Positions 42,201 through 60,499 of a stretch of 64,000 bases of DNA are shown one piece after another. A model generated the notes under the pieces. The model ran no database searches, was not told the origin of the DNA, and saw only the letters and a list, made by a program, of their open reading frames with translations. How positions within the stretch are numbered: position 1 is the stretch's first letter; each line of letters begins with the position of its first letter. Made by a program: the position numbers and the translations under genes. This DNA is from the human T2T-CHM13v2.0 reference genome, Homo sapiens, in assembly GCF_009914755.1 (NCBI RefSeq), contig NC_060927.1; one strand, given 5' to 3'.

Positions 42201-45200
42201 TGAATTTCTGCACTGTCCATTGTAATGTCTCCTTTTTTATCTGTGATTTTATTTATTTAGGTTTTCTCCCTTTCTTTCTTCAGTAGTCTGGCTAAAGGTT
42301 TGTCAATTTTATCTTTAAAAAAAAAAACAACTTTCTGTTTTTGCTTATTTTTTGTATTGTGTTTTTTATTTAAATTTATTTATTCTGCCCTGATCTGTAT
42401 TTCTTTATTTCTACTAACATTGGATTTGGTTTGCTCTCGCTTTTCTATTTCTTTAAGATGCATAAATAGGTTACTTATTTGAAGTTTTACTTCTTTGTTG
42501 ATGTAGACACTTTTAGCTATAAATTTCCCTCTTTGTATTGCTTTCACTGTATTCCATAGGTTTTGGTATGTTGTGTTCCCATTATCGTTTGTTTCAAATA
42601 ATTTTTCAATTTTCTTCTTAATTTTCTCATTGTCCCATGGTCATTCAGGAGCATATTGTTAAGTTTCCATGTGTTTCTGTAGTTTTCTAAATTCCTCTTC
42701 TTGTTGGTATCTACTTTTATTTAATTGTGATTAAAGAAGATGCTTGATATTATTTCATTAAAAAATATTTTAAGACTTATTTTGTGACCTAACTTATTGT
42801 CAATCCTTGAGAATAATCAATGTGCTGAGGAAAATAATGTGTGTTATGCAGCCTTCAGATGAAATGTTCTGTAAATATTTAGTAGGTCCATATGGTCTAT
42901 AGTACAGATTAAGTCCGATGTTTCTTTGTTGATTTTCTGTCTGGGACATCTGTTCAATGCTGAAAGTGGGTGTTGAAGTCTCTACTTATCATTGTGTTAA
43001 GGTCTATCTCTTTCTTTTGCTCTAATAATATTGGCTTTATATGTCTGAGTGCTCCAGTGTTGGGTGCATATGTTAATATATTTACAATCCTTATATACTG
43101 TTGTTGGATTGACCCCTTTATGTTCAATGACCTTCTTTGTATTTTCCTACAGTTTTTGTCTTGAAATATATTTTGTCTTATATAAGTATAGCTATTCCTG
43201 CTTTTTTTTCTTGGTTTCCAATGGCATAGAATATTTTCTTTCCCTTTATTTTCAGTCTGTTTATCTTCACAGGTAAAGTGTGTTTCTTGAAGGCAACAAA
43301 TCATTGGGCCTTGTTTTTCTCATTTATTCCACTACTGGATGTCTTTTTATTCAAGAATTAATCTATTTTTGTTTATGTTATTATTGATAAGTAGGGACTT
43401 ACTCATGCCATTTTGTTATTTGTTTTCTGGTTGTTTTGTGGCATTCCTTCTTTTCTTCCTTCCTGTCTTCCTCTAGTGAAGATGATTTTCTCTGGGGATA
43501 TAATTCGGTTTCTTGCTTTTTAATTTTTGTGTATCTATTGTATGTTTTTTTGGTTTAAGGTTACCATGGAGCTTGCAAATATATCTTTTAACTCATTATT
43601 TTAAACTGTAGACAACAACTTAAACTGATTGCATAAACAAACAGGAATGCAAAAACAAAACTAATAAAAACTCCCCATTTTAACTTCATCCTCCTGCTTT
43701 TTAACTTTTTGTTGTTTATTTTTATATCTTATTGTATTGTCTATGTGTTAAAATTTGTTGTAGTTATTCCTTTGGGTTGGTTAATCAGTTCATCTTTCCA
43801 CTTAAGAGTAGTTCACACACCACAATTACAGTGTTATAATATTCTGAGTTTTTATGTGTGCTTACTATCATCAGGGGGTTTTGTACCTTCAGATAATTTA
43901 TTCTTGCTCATTAAAGAACTGGCTTTAGCGTTTCTTGTGGGACAGGTTGAGTATTGATGAAATCCCTTAGTTTTTGTTTATCTGGGAAGGTCTTTATTTC
44001 TCCTTCATGCTTGAAGAATATTTTCATCAGATATGCTACTCTAGGGTAAAAGTTTTTTTTTTGTTTTTTTTTTTTCCTTCAGTACATGTCACGCCACCCT
44101 CTCCTGTCCTATAATGTTTCCACTGAAAAGTCTGCTGCCAGATGTATTGGAGCCCCATTTTGTGTTATTTGTTTCTTTTATCTTCTTGTTTTTAGGGTCC
44201 TTTCTTTATCCTAGACCTTTGAAAGTTTGATTATTACATGCCTTGAAGTATTCTTTGGAATAAATCTGCTTGGTGTTCTATAACCTTCTTGCACTTGAAT
44301 GTTGGTATCTTTCTCTAGGTTTAGGAACTTCTCTGATATTAACCCTTTGAATAAACTTTCTACCCTTATCTTTTTCTTTACCTTCTCTTTAAGGCCAATA
44401 ACCCTTAATTTGCCCTTTTGATGCTATGTTCTAAATCTTGTAGGCATGTTTTATATTTTTTTATTATTTTCTTTTGTCTCATCTGACTGTGTATTTTCAA
44501 ATAGCCTGTCTTAAACTCATGAATCTTTCTTTTGTCTGATTAATTCTGCTACTGAGACTCTGATGCATTTTTCAGGATATCAACTGCATTTTTTAACTCT
44601 AGAATTTCTTCTTGATTCTTTTTAATTATCTCAATATTTTTGTTAAATTTATCTGATCAAATTCTGAATTTCTTCTCTGTGTTATCTTTGATTTCTTTGT
44701 TTCCTCAAAACAGCTATTTTGAATTCTTCGTGTGGAACATCACATATCTGTTTCTCCAGGATTGGTCCCTGGTACCTTATTTCATTTGTTTGGTGATGTC
44801 ATGTTTTTCTGGATGTCTTTATGCTTGTGGGTGTTTGACAGTGTCTGGGCAGTGAAGAGTTACATATTTTTTGTTGTCTTCACAGTCTGGGTTTGTTTGT
44901 GCTTATCCTTCTTGAGAAGACTTTCCAGGTATTCAAATAGACTTGGGCCCAAAGCCCAGTAATGCTGTTGTTTCTGCAGACTTATAGATGTATCCCTTTG
45001 TGGGTTTTGAATAAGATCTGGAGGAATTCTCTGGTTCACCAGGCAGAAAATTTTGTTGTGTCCCTTACTTTCTCCCAAACAAGTGAAGTCTCTCTATCTA
45101 TGCTGAACAGCCTGAAAATGGGGATGTGGTGATGCAAGCACCCCTAAGGCCACCAACACAGGGACTGCACTAGGTCAGACTTGAAGCCAGCACTGCACTG

Positions 45201-46807
45201 GGGCTTGCCCAAGCCCCACTGTAACCACTACCTGGCTACCCTCTATGTTCGCTCAAGGCCCTAGACCTCTACAATCATCAGATGGTGAAGCCAGCCAAAG
45301 TTGTGTCCTTCCCTTTAGGGTGATGAGTTACCCTAGGACCCAGGCAGGTCCAGAGATGCTGTCTAGGTGCTGGGCATTAAAGTAAAAAAAACTTTAGAAA
45401 TTTGCCTTATATTCTGTTCTACTCTGGCTAAGCTGGCATTCAAACCACAATACAAAGTCCTACCTACTATTCCCTCCCCTTTCCAGAGGCAGAGGAGCCT
45501 CTCTTTGTAGACACTACCATCACTGGTCTAAAGGGGTTCTGCCGGGCCACTGCCAATGTTTACATAAAGGCCAAGAGCACTTCAGTCAGCTTGTGGTGAA
45601 TTCTGCAAGGGCTGGGACTAATCCTCCAGAGCATCAGGCCCCCCTCTGGCCCAGGGAAGGTCCAGAAATGCTGTCCAAGAGCCAAGCCTGGACTTGGTGA
45701 CCCAAAGGGACTGCTTGTTGCTCTACCCCACTGTGGTTGAGCTGTTATCCAACTTGCAAGACAAAGTTCCCTTCACATTTCATTCTGCTTTTCTTAAGAA
45801 GATGGTCTTTCACTCTAGCTGCTATAACTGGCAATGTGCTGGGTCATACCTGTAGTCAGCTTATTCCAGAGCCCAAGGCTCACGGAATACTATCTTGGTA
45901 TCACTGCTGGTTATTCAGTGGGCTCTATAGTCAGCAGGTGATGAATCCTGGAGGACTAGGCCCTTCCCTGCAAGGCAACAAGCTCCTTTTTGGCCTAGGA
46001 TGTGTCTAGAAATGTGGTCCATGAGCTAGGGCCTGAAATGAGAGCTTCATGACTCTGCCTGGTGCCCTGCCTACTGTGACTGAGCTGGTATGCAAGATGC
46101 AAGAGAAGGTCTTTATCTCTTGCTCTCCTTTCCTTAAGCAGAAGGAAGCAGTAACTTTCATTGCTTCAGGGTGCACTCCTGTGGGAGGAGTGTCATAAGC
46201 ACTCCCTTAGCCACCTCAGCTAGTGTCTTTGTTAGGTCATGTGCCAACCTAGTCTTCTGGATCTGAGCCCAGTCCAGCATGAGGAGTTGCCTAGGGATTG
46301 TAGTGCTTGTGTCCTAGACTGCCTTTCAAGTTTGCCTAGAATACCAGAGCACTTTGGTCTGTGGTGGCAAGGCTTGCAAGAAATTCAAGTTTCAACTGCT
46401 GAGACAGGTGATTCCCCTCTAGCCAAGTCTTGTACAAATGCTCCCTCTATGAGCGGGCAGTGACTAAGCCCAGCTTGGCTTTGCTCTACACTACGACAGG
46501 GCAACACTGAGTTCAATGTAAAGTTTCCATTTCTGTGCTCTCCCTCCTCCAAGTGCACAGATTCTTCATGCCACGTGGCTGCTGCAGGGGTGGGAAGATG
46601 GGGGAGAGGTGATGGTGTAGATTCAAGACTGTCTCTCTGACCCTTTTCAATGCCTCTTTCAGTATTAAGATGTATTGTGATTGCTCACTTGAGTTTTGAT
46701 TCTTGTGATGGTGCTTTTCTATGTGCAGATAGTTGTTAAAAATAGGTGTTCCTGTGGGGAGGATGAGCAGTGTAGGCTTCTATTCTGTCATCTGGCTCCA
46801 TGCCTCC
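39250..46807 (-). mobile_element. Apparently full-length ~7.5 kb L1 (L1MA1-3-like), ORFs disrupted
   Basis: L1MA-type 3' end at 39.25 kb; ORF2 remnants ([26 protein letters not shown]); long 5' UTR at 44.9-46.8 kb. Degenerate TSD cagaat(a/c)aa at ~39239 and ~46808. Confidence 0.9.
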
Positions 46808-47955
46808 CAGAATCAAATCAAATATTCTGCAGCCATTAAAATTGAGTATTACAAAGAAGAATAAACTCAAAATGCTGACTATAGAACAGAAAATAAGAAA
46901 AATGTGAATAAACTGGCTGACTGCATGCCATTTTCTTAAGGTGAATAGAAAAAAAGATAAAAAAATACAACCAAATGCTATAGATGATTATGTTAGGCTG
47001 TTGAGTTTATGGATTTTTTCATGTTTTAGTAGTGTCTAAAAACTATTTATGTTAATATCATAATAAAAAGAAACATTTTAAAAAGAGATCCACTATCTAT
47101 CTAATTAGATCAGCTTTTGTGTTATAAATGGTAGTCATATTAAATTAGGATAACTGAAGTTAAAAATTAATCCTATATATTTTTTCTTTCTCAAAGAGCT
47201 AATTCAGCAAAAGGAAAGTTGTAATTTATTGAATTATTTTAAAAAAGATACTTTGCTAAATTATTGGCCAGATTTGTTTGTACAGTATATGTTAATCACA
47301 TATTTTTAATTATACATTTACTGAATAACCATTTTTTAAAGACAGATTTTAGAAATTTGATTATAATTTATTCAATTTCTTATTTACATAGTTTACTAGT
47401 GCTTTATGTTTTAATTAACTCACCATTACCAGCATATTGAAATTGTATTTTAGTGCACCAATTGAAAAGAAAAGGTTGTCAATTTCTGCACTTAGTCATG
47501 CTGCTATAAATTTCATTGTCTCCTTCATGAGATTAAGGAGTGTACAATCAAGACAACGATTTTAATACACAAGTTCATGAGGCATTTCCTAAGTTTTTCT
47601 TGCTTTCTACTAAATTGCATAATAAACTAGACTGTAAAGGCAAGCTACATCATGAAGAAAAATAATTTTCGCCTTGTTTTGGGAATGGAAACATATTCAT
47701 ATAGAAGCTCCCCTTCACAGGAGGTAAGGAGGGCATGTTGTGAATCCTTGGTGTTTCCACTCAGACCTCCAGAGATGTGTCCTGGAAATTAATTGATTGG
47801 TCAATAGTGGATATGAAGGCCTTTGTGATGGTCGGGGATGGACAAAATTCCATTGTATAGTAAATAGTTTTTTAAAATATTTTAACTGTTGGCAACTTCT
47901 GATGTTAATTCTTCTCTAAAACAACATCCTCAGCAAAGCTTTTAAACTAGAAGTG

Positions 47956-48122
47956 ACTATAGGGAAAGAGCTAATGCATGCTAGGCTTAATACCTAGGTG
48001 ATGGGTCGATAGGTGCAGCAAACCACCATGGCACACGTTTGCCTATATAACGAACCTGCACATCCTGCACATGTCCCCTGGAACTTAAAAAAATAATAAT
48101 TATACAAATAAATGGACAAAAA
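47956..48122 (+). mobile_element. Very short L1 3' end (L1PA8-10-like)
   Basis: gggtcgataggtgcagcaaaccaccatggcacacg...ggaacttaaaa. 13-bp TSD taaactagaagtg at 47943-47955 and 48123-48135. Confidence 0.9.
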
Positions 48123-48229
48123 TAAACTAGAAGTGCTTATTTATATTAAGCACTCAGGCTATATAAGAATGTGTTTTATTATTCCAACTGGAAAAGTAAA
48201 TATAATTTTTGACTTTGCAGTGTTATGTA

Positions 48230-48300
48230 TTCATCCATCCATCCATCTATCCACCCATCTATCTAGTCATCCACCAACCTACCTATTATCTATCTCTCTA
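48230..48300. repeat. (CATC/TATC)n low-complexity repeat
   Basis: Seen directly. Confidence 0.7.
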
Positions 48301-49589
48301 TTTAGTTTCTGTTTTCTCCTGAGTACGGTTACTTTCCCCATTTACATGTTAAAAATAAACACATTTTGTCTTTAAGAATAAAAAAGGCATAATAGTTTAT
48401 AGTAGAAGTTATTAACCTTTTCTTCAATCTTCAAGTTACTAATTTTTAAACACTCCTTTTAAAAATCCCTGCACTAATTCATTTACTTAACTGCAATTTC
48501 AAAACAATGATTTAAATATATTTTAATTGCTTCCTCTCATAATCTTTGGAACACCCATGAAAAGGGATGCTGTCTTTTAATAAGAATTTTTTTATGAAGT
48601 AATCTTGCTTTGCTACTGTAAGGCTTGACAATTAGGGTAAATAGCGCTATGAAGATAATTAACAGAGGCTGAATTTTTTACAAACATAGTGGACAGATTT
48701 ATAATTGTATTCAGACATTTCAGACATAACAGTTTACACTCTCCTATTGCTGATTTAAAATGCAATGGTTGAGATGTAGGTAAAGATGAAATTGAGTTAT
48801 ATCAAGGTCTGTGTGTCACTGTGCTAGCCAGGGTATCTAATGTCATTTGTCTGTTATAGGGTTTATAAAACATTCCATCTGGCGCAATATGCCTCTAAGA
48901 CAGAAGGTGCTGGCATATTAAAGGTGCAAGTATCTCACATATGACTATTTACCCATTTATTATTTCAGCAGAATGGAAGACAATATTTAGGAAACAGTGA
49001 GGAGATTAGCAAACTCAGACATTTGATTCAGATATAAATTTGAGGACTGTGTCCATAATACATCAAGATATTTTAACAGAAAGTGAGATTTTTGTCTTAA
49101 AGCTAAAACCAAATATATCACAGGTACTTTTTCTTTTGTTCATGAAAATTGTACCTTTTACTTTTTGGTTTTTATTTTAAAAGCAAATTTTCAATTTAAG
49201 AGCAAATTTTCAGCCAGAGTCTGAGAAAGAGAAACACTCCATTATAGACCGCGCTTTCTCATTAAAAACAGAAGAATCACTTAGATGGTTGCTGATTACA
49301 TTTTACGGATCTTTTAACAAATTGCAGGGACTGCTACCTGACCATGCACTCCCACTGCTGTTTAACATGGATCATTTTTGTTTGTTTGTTTGCGGTAACA
49401 CTCAGGTAATGAGATACAGAACAGAAAAAAGATGCCATCATTCCATTAAAAAACAGTTAAATGCCCTACTTTAGATACTGGGAATAATGGAGATGCCGAA
49501 ACTAATAGTGCATTCACATTCTCTATAATATCTATTCTGTAATCATCGTTATTTGAGAAGATACCACATAGGATATTCCTAGCCTGGAA

Positions 49590-49760
49590 CCTCGCACACA
49601 TCATTGTATTTAATTCTAAAAACAAATCCTGTATGGATGCTATTATTATGTATCCATTTTATCTATGAGGAAATTCAGGCTAAGAGAGGTTAAGCAATTA
49701 CTCAAGCTTGGCTTTACCCCCAATAATGTTTGGCTTCAAATCCCATGTTCTTTCCCTTGA
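49590..49760. mobile_element. MIR
   Basis: ccattttatctatgaggaaattcaggctaagagaggttaagcaattactcaag. Confidence 0.7.
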
Positions 49761-50627
49761 GATTCCCTCAAGATGGAATATTACAGGAGGAGTACTGTAG
49801 GAGTACTAGAATAATATATGATTTAAAATAGCCTAAATCCATTAGAAGTCCAGGGGTTTTCCTGAGTAGATTATTCAATCATACTTCCCTGAATTGAAAT
49901 GTGAAAAATTTATCTAACACAAATTCAGTTACCTTACCTCTTAAATGCATTCCAACAGACAGGTGCCTCTAGCATTTCTCTTCTGACTAAACTTAAGTTC
50001 TTTCCACTCCAAGACACTGTATTTCCATGTCTGTTTAAAACCTAAACAAAACACATCCCATGTTGACTTCATTTTTCTGTCTGCCCAGATGTTTCTCTTT
50101 GTAAACATTTCCCTTATTGACAAAATGGTCTTAAGATAATAAACTTTGTGTTCTCCCTCCTTTTTGGTTTTTTGTGTCTTTTTTACTATCAATGCCTGCC
50201 ATTTCTCACCAACTACATTTCACAGAAAGATAGCTTCTTTTTCAGAATTACAGGGAAAAAAGAAAATAACCTTCCATTTCAGATAGTTCTTAAAATGCCT
50301 TTTTTTTCCCTCATAGGTCTTTCCTTGACATCATCTCTAATCATCTTGCTACCTACAGCACACAAGATTTTACCCAGTAAAAACAATAATAAAAGTATCT
50401 TACACAATCAGAACCATATTCCTTGTGCACAATTGCCTTAATCTATTTCTCTGAAATAGTGGTTTCAGCTGCTTCTCACATCAATGAAAATTTAATGTCA
50501 TGGCCTTTCTATTTCTTCACAAATTAACAAGTTAACCCCCTACCATGTAACTGGCTGTCTTAATATCTCCGTAGGTTTGTTGTTTAATCTTCTGTAAGAC
50601 AAACTCAGTCTGCCTCTTCAAACATTA

Positions 50628-50863
50628 CAAACACACACACACATATACATACACACACATACACCTATGTATGTATATGTGTATACATATGTGTATATAT
50701 ACATATATATGTACGCCTATATTGTATACCTATGTATATACATATACATATATACCTGTGTATCCATATATACCTATATATATATGTATACACACATATA
50801 TATACACCTATGTATACACATAACGTACATATACAAATATATACATAGATACATGTATGTATA

Positions 50864-50909
<46 letters not shown>

Positions 50910-50945
50910 TATATACACACACACACACACACATATATATATACC
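50628..50945. repeat. Compound (CA)/(TA)/(TG) microsatellite tract, ~320 bp
   Basis: Alternating purine-pyrimidine tract seen directly. Confidence 0.95.
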
Positions 50946-50949
50946 TGCA

Positions 50950-51235
50950 TGCTCTTTCCAGTCAATACACACCAACATAAGTTACTGGTGCTATAATTTC
51001 TAACACCATAGATTCGCTTACCTTTTCTTACATTTTATAGAAATTGAGTCATACAATGTGCACTGTTTTATATCTGGCTTCTTTCGCTCAACATAATTTT
51101 GAAATTAATTCATGATTTACACAAATCATTCGCTCATTTTTATTGCTGAGAATGGTCTATTTTATGAATATACTATTATTTCTTTATTCATTTACCTGTT
51201 GATGGATATGTGGATTGTTTCCAGTTATTAATTTT
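50950..51235 (-). mobile_element. Old L1 3' fragment (L1ME-like)
   Basis: tctggcttctttcgctcaacataattttg...ttttattgctgag...cctgttgatggatatgtggattgtttccag. Confidence 0.6.
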
Positions 51236-51719
51236 ATTGTGTAAAGATTTTCTTATTGAATTTTTTCAAATGACCTGGAAAAGTTACTTTACTCCTTTAC
51301 TTTCCTCCTACCAGGAATATGCATTTCATTACTCTCTGTTAGGTCACACAACTCTCTTCTGCTAGATTGCAAATGTCCTGAGGGAAATGATTGTATCCTT
51401 TTCTCTTTCTGCCTTTTTCTGCTGTCCAGCACGATTCATTTATGATCTCAGCCAGTAAGCATTAGCTGAATTAAATGTTGTCAAATCACTATTGAAGGCA
51501 GCTCTTTGTATAAAAAAAAATCAGAATGTAAGATTCTATGTTTAATATAAAAAAGTTTTTAAAGATGTTTGTTTTCTTTACTTACCCATTTTTATTCAAA
51601 ACACTTTTTTCTGTGATGTTGTTTTTTCAATAAATTTATATTTTTACTTAAATCTAATTTATTTATTTTTAGTTGACAAATAATAGTCATGTATATTTAT
51701 GGGGTAAAATGTGATACAT

Positions 51720-52255
51720 ATTTTTAATTTTATTTTAAGTTTGAGGTTATAAGTGCAGGTTTGCTACATAGGTAAACTTGTGTCATGGGGGTTTGTTGCA
51801 CAAATTATTTCATCACCCAGGTATTAAGCCTAGTATCTATCAGTTATTTCATCATTTAGCTCCCTCTTATAAGTGAGAATATGTGGTATTTGGTTTTCTG
51901 TACCTGTGTTAGCTCATTAAGGATAATGGCTTCCAGCTCTACCCATGTCCCTGCAAAGAACATGATCTCATTCTTTTTTATGGCTGCATAGTATTCCATG
52001 ATGTATGTGTACCACATTTTTTTATCCAGTCTATCGTTGATGATCATTTAGGTTGATCCCATGTCTTTGCTATTGTGAATAGTGCTTCAATGAACATAAG
52101 CATGCACATGTCTCCCATTCTGTAGACTGTTTACTCTGTTGATAAGTGTTTTGTTGTTGTTGTTGTTTGTTTTTTGCTGTGCAGAAGCTCTTAAATTTAA
52201 TTAGATCCCATTTGTCAATTTTTGCTTTTGTTGCAATTGCTTTTTGTGTCTTCAG
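51720..52255 (-). mobile_element. L1PA (PA10-13-like) 3' fragment with internal deletions
   Basis: 3' UTR plus the ORF2 end ([19 protein letters not shown]), with abrupt jumps at ~51849 and ~52112. Confidence 0.85.
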
Positions 52256-52507
52256 AAGACAGCTCTTTCAAGAACCCTATTTTGATACGGAAAATCCATC
52301 TCTTTCATTTATAAACATCCTGTGTATTCTGTCCTTTCTGTGACTTTTATTTAAGAGTCTCTGTTAAGAGTCTGGATTTGTATGTCTTTTCCACCCACCT
52401 TAGATATCCTGGCTTGTATTTCCTTTGTGATACTCCACAGGGACCTTCACAGAGCCATTGTCCTCTGTATATTGATGGCTGTTTCATCAGTCTAATCCCA
52501 AGATATT

Positions 52508-52511
<4 letters not shown>

Positions 52512-52551
<40 letters not shown>
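52512..52551. repeat. (CA)20 microsatellite
   Basis: Seen directly. Confidence 0.95.
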
Positions 52552-52552
<1 letters not shown>

Positions 52553-52914
52553 ATGAACACATTAGTTTTCACGTTAGAAAAGAAGGGTAGAATAACTTTT
52601 TTCATTCAGATGCATCTTTTTATGGGATTATCTCCCCAAAGGAAGATGGTAAAATATGAAGGAGTAGGGAAAAGTTCAGGAGCCTTACTCTGAGCAAAAA
52701 CAGCATAAATAGAAAACACTGCAGTGCCCCAACTAGCTAATAATGCATACATCTTTGGAACTCAAAATCTCAGTATAAAAGATTCACAAAATGAGTTTGG
52801 AAAATCTTTCAACAAATTAAAAAATAAAACTTTACAGCATCTGAATACAAGGGCTAACATTTTTATTCCCTCCTGATGGCATGGTATGGTAGAAATGATT
52901 AAGTCTTAGGCCAC

Positions 52915-53241
52915 ACAAACAATTCTTAAATTGTATCATGACAAAGAACCTGGAGATTATGCAAACAATTCAGATTCCCAAGCCTCATGTTCAAGTATTC
53001 TAATTCAGTAACTAAGGCAAAGTAATTGAATTTTATATCAATGTACAGGTAACTCTGATGGAAATGTTGAAGCTTTTTCTATTCAAAGTGTGGTCTGTGG
53101 ACCAGCATCACTGGCATCATCTATGGGCCTTGTTAGAAATGTAGTGCCTTAGGATGCTGCCTAGACCTAACAAATCAGTGTAGATTTAAGAAAATCCCTA
53201 GATAACTTTCATGACCTTTAAATTTTGAGAAGCACTACTCT
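52915..53241. mobile_element. MER5-type hAT-Charlie non-autonomous DNA transposon fragments
   Basis: tcaaagtgtggtctgtggaccagcatca...cttgttagaaatgtag...tttgagaagcacta. Confidence 0.65.
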
Positions 53242-54633
53242 AAATATTCCATACTCTTTAAGAAACACAGGAAGTAGGGGTGGCTGGCAAGATGGCCGAA
53301 TAGGAACAGCTCCAGTCTGCAGATCCCAGTGAGATCAACGCAGAAGGTGGGTGATTTCTGCACTTCCAACTTCAGTAGCAAGCTCATCTCATTAGGACTG
53401 GTTAGACAATGGGTGCAGTCCACAGACGGCAAGCTGAAGCAGGGTGGGGCGTCGCCTCCCCCGGGAAGTGCAAGTGGCCAGGGAACTCCCTCCCCTAGCC
53501 AGGGGAAGCCATGAAGGACTGTGCGGTGAGGGATGGTACATTGCATTCCAGATACTATGCATTTCTCATGGTCTTCACAACCCACAGACCAGGAGATTCC
53601 CTCAGGTGCCTACACCACCAGGGCCCTGGGTTTCAAGCATAAAACTGGGCGGCCATGAGGGCAGGCACCGAGCTAACTGCAGGAGTTTTTTTTTTTTTTT
53701 TCATACCCCAGTGGCAACTGGAACACCAGCAAAACAGAATCATTCACTCCCCTGGAAAGGGTGCTGAACCCAGGGAACCAAGTGGTTTAGCTTGGCTAGA
53801 CCCCAGCCCCACAAAGCCCAGTAAGCTAAGACCCACTGGCTTGAAATTCTTGCTGCCAGCACAGCAGTCTGAAGTTGACCTGGGATTCTCGAGCATGGTG
53901 AGGAGAGGGGGGTCCACTATTATTCAGGCTTGAGTAGGCGCTTTTCCCCTCACAGTATAAACAAAGCCATGGGGAAGTTCAAACTGGGCAAAGCCCACAG
54001 CAGCTGGGCAAAGCCACTGTAGCCAGACTGCCTCTCTAGATTCCTCCTCTCTGGGCAGGGCATCTCTGAAAGAAAGGCAGCAGCCCCAGTGAGGGGCTAT
54101 AGATAAAACTCCCATCTCCCTGGGAAAGAGCACCTGAGGGAAGGGGCAGCTGTGGGTGCAGCTTCAGCAGAATTAAGTGTTCCTGCGTGCTGGCTCTGAA
54201 AAGAGCAACAGATTTCCTAGCACAGTGCTCGAGCTCTGCTAAGAGAAAGACTGCCTTCTTAAGTGGGTCACTGAGCCCTGTGCCTCCTGACCGTGGTCAA
54301 CAAACACCTCCCAGCAGTGGTCACCAGACACCTCATACAGGAAAGCTCTGGCTGGCATCTGGCAGGTGCCTCTCTGGGACGAAGCTTCCAGAGGAAGAAA
54401 TAGGCAGCAATCTTTGCTGTTCTGCAGCCTTCGCTGGTGATACCCAGGCAAATGGGGTCTAGAGTGGACCTCCAGCAAACTCCAGCAGACCTGCAGCAGA
54501 GAGGCCTAACCGTTAGAAGGAAAACTAACAAAGAGAAAGGAATAGTATCAATATCAACAAAAAGGATGTCCACACAAAAACCACATCTGAAGGTCATCAA
54601 CATCAAAAACCAAAGACAGATAAATCCACACAG

Positions 54634-55659
54634 ATGAGGAAAAACCAGTGCAAAAAGGCTGAAAGTTCCAAAAACCAGAATGCCCCTTCTCCTCCAAAGG
54701 ATCACATCTCCTCGCCAGCAAGGGAACAAAACTGGATGGAGAATGAGTTTGACGAGTTGACATAAGTAGGCTTCAGAAGGTGGGTAATAACAAACTCCTC
54801 TGAACTAAAGGAGCATGTTCGAACCCAATTCAAGGAAGCTAAGAACCTTGACAAAAGCTTAGAGGAATTGCTAACTAGTATAACGAGTTTAGAAAAGAAC
54901 ATAAATAACCTGATGGAGTTGAAAAACCCAGCATGAGAACTAGATGAAGCATACACAAGTATCAGTAGTCGAATATATCAAGCAGAAGAAAGGATATCAG
55001 AAATTGAAGATCAACTTAATGAAATGAAGCATAAAGACAAGATTAGAGAAAAAAGAATGAAAAGGAACAAACAAAGCTTCCAAGAAGTATGGGACTATGT
55101 GACAACACCAAACCTACGTTTAATTAGTGTACCTGAAAATGACGGGGAAAATGGAAGCAAGCTGGAAAACACCCTTCAGGATATTATCCAGGAGAACTTC
55201 CCCAACCTAGCAAGACAGGCCAACATTCAAATTCAGGAAATACAGAGAATATCACAAAGATAATCCTTGAGAAGAGCAACCCCAAGACACATAATCTTCA
55301 GATTCACCAAGGCTGAAATGAAGGACAGAATATTAAGGGCAGTCAGAGAGAAAGGTCTGGTTACCCACAAAGGGAAGCCCATCAGACTAACAGTGGATCT
55401 CTCTGTAGAAGCCCTACAAGCCAGAAGAGAGTGGGGGCCAAAATTCAACATCTTTAAAGAAAAAAATTTTCAAACCAGAATTTCATATCCAGCCAAACTA
55501 AGCCTCATAAGCGAAGAAGAAATAAAATCCTTCACAGACAAGCAAATGCTGAGAGATTTTGTCACCATGAGGCCTGCCTTATAAGACCTCCTGAAGGAAG
55601 CACTAAATATGAAAAAGAAAAACCGGTGCCAGCAACTGCAAAAACATACCAAAATGTAA
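54634..55659 (+). pseudogene. L1 ORF1p, disrupted by stop codons
   Basis: MRKNQCKKAE start; LENTLQDIIQENFPNLARQ; RISYPAKLS. Stops at ~54934 and 55261. Confidence 0.9.
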
Positions 55660-55722
55660 AGACCATCAACACTATGAAGAAACTATATCAACTAACAGAC
55701 ACAATAACCAGCTAGCATTATA

Positions 55723-58607
<2,885 letters not shown>

Positions 58608-58665
58608 ACTTTTTAAAATGTTTTAAGGTAGCTACTAGAAAATTTAAAATTACACATGTGGCTTT

Positions 58666-59930
<1,265 letters not shown>

Positions 59931-60499
59931 AACTCTCATTTATGGCTCATTATATTTCTGTAGGACACCTCTAAGGTATAAAACAAGAATAACAAGATTT
60001 CAAATAGTCTCTCTTTTGCTATGTTCCATTTTTTTAAAGTTTGCATGACTTTAAGGCGAGGAAAAAAGACCCTGTTTCTCATAAGGAAAAGTGGTTAGAA
60101 TGCAATGGAAAAATGCTTGATGTATTTTTGAGGATATAGCTCTCTAACTCCCTTTTTAATGTAGATAATCCCTAATAATCATGAACCAAATATCTGTACT
60201 TCAGGAATAATACATCCATATAAGCACTTAGTTTTAACCAAAGAGTCCTATTTCAAACTTAGAAAAATGAATTTTTTTTCTATTTTCAATTTACTGGTCA
60301 CTGTCATTTTTGAAAGATAATTTTAAAAATACTGTTCACTCTCAGTTTCTGTGTATGGGCAGAATCCACCCCTATAGGTTCAAGTATCGATTGTTATGAA
60401 GAATCCAGAAGACAATTCCAAATTGTCCAAACAGTAATTTCCAAATTCATAAAAATATTTTATTTTTTTAACCTGTGGATCTTCATTTATTACATTTCT

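Noticed and set aside
50665-50996. Tyr/Ile/Cys-rich ORFs
   Set aside because: They are translations of a dinucleotide microsatellite.
53235-54956. Antisense ORFs in the L1 5' UTR as ORF0
   Set aside because: They do not match the ORF0 peptide as I recall it, and GC-rich UTRs readily give open frames.
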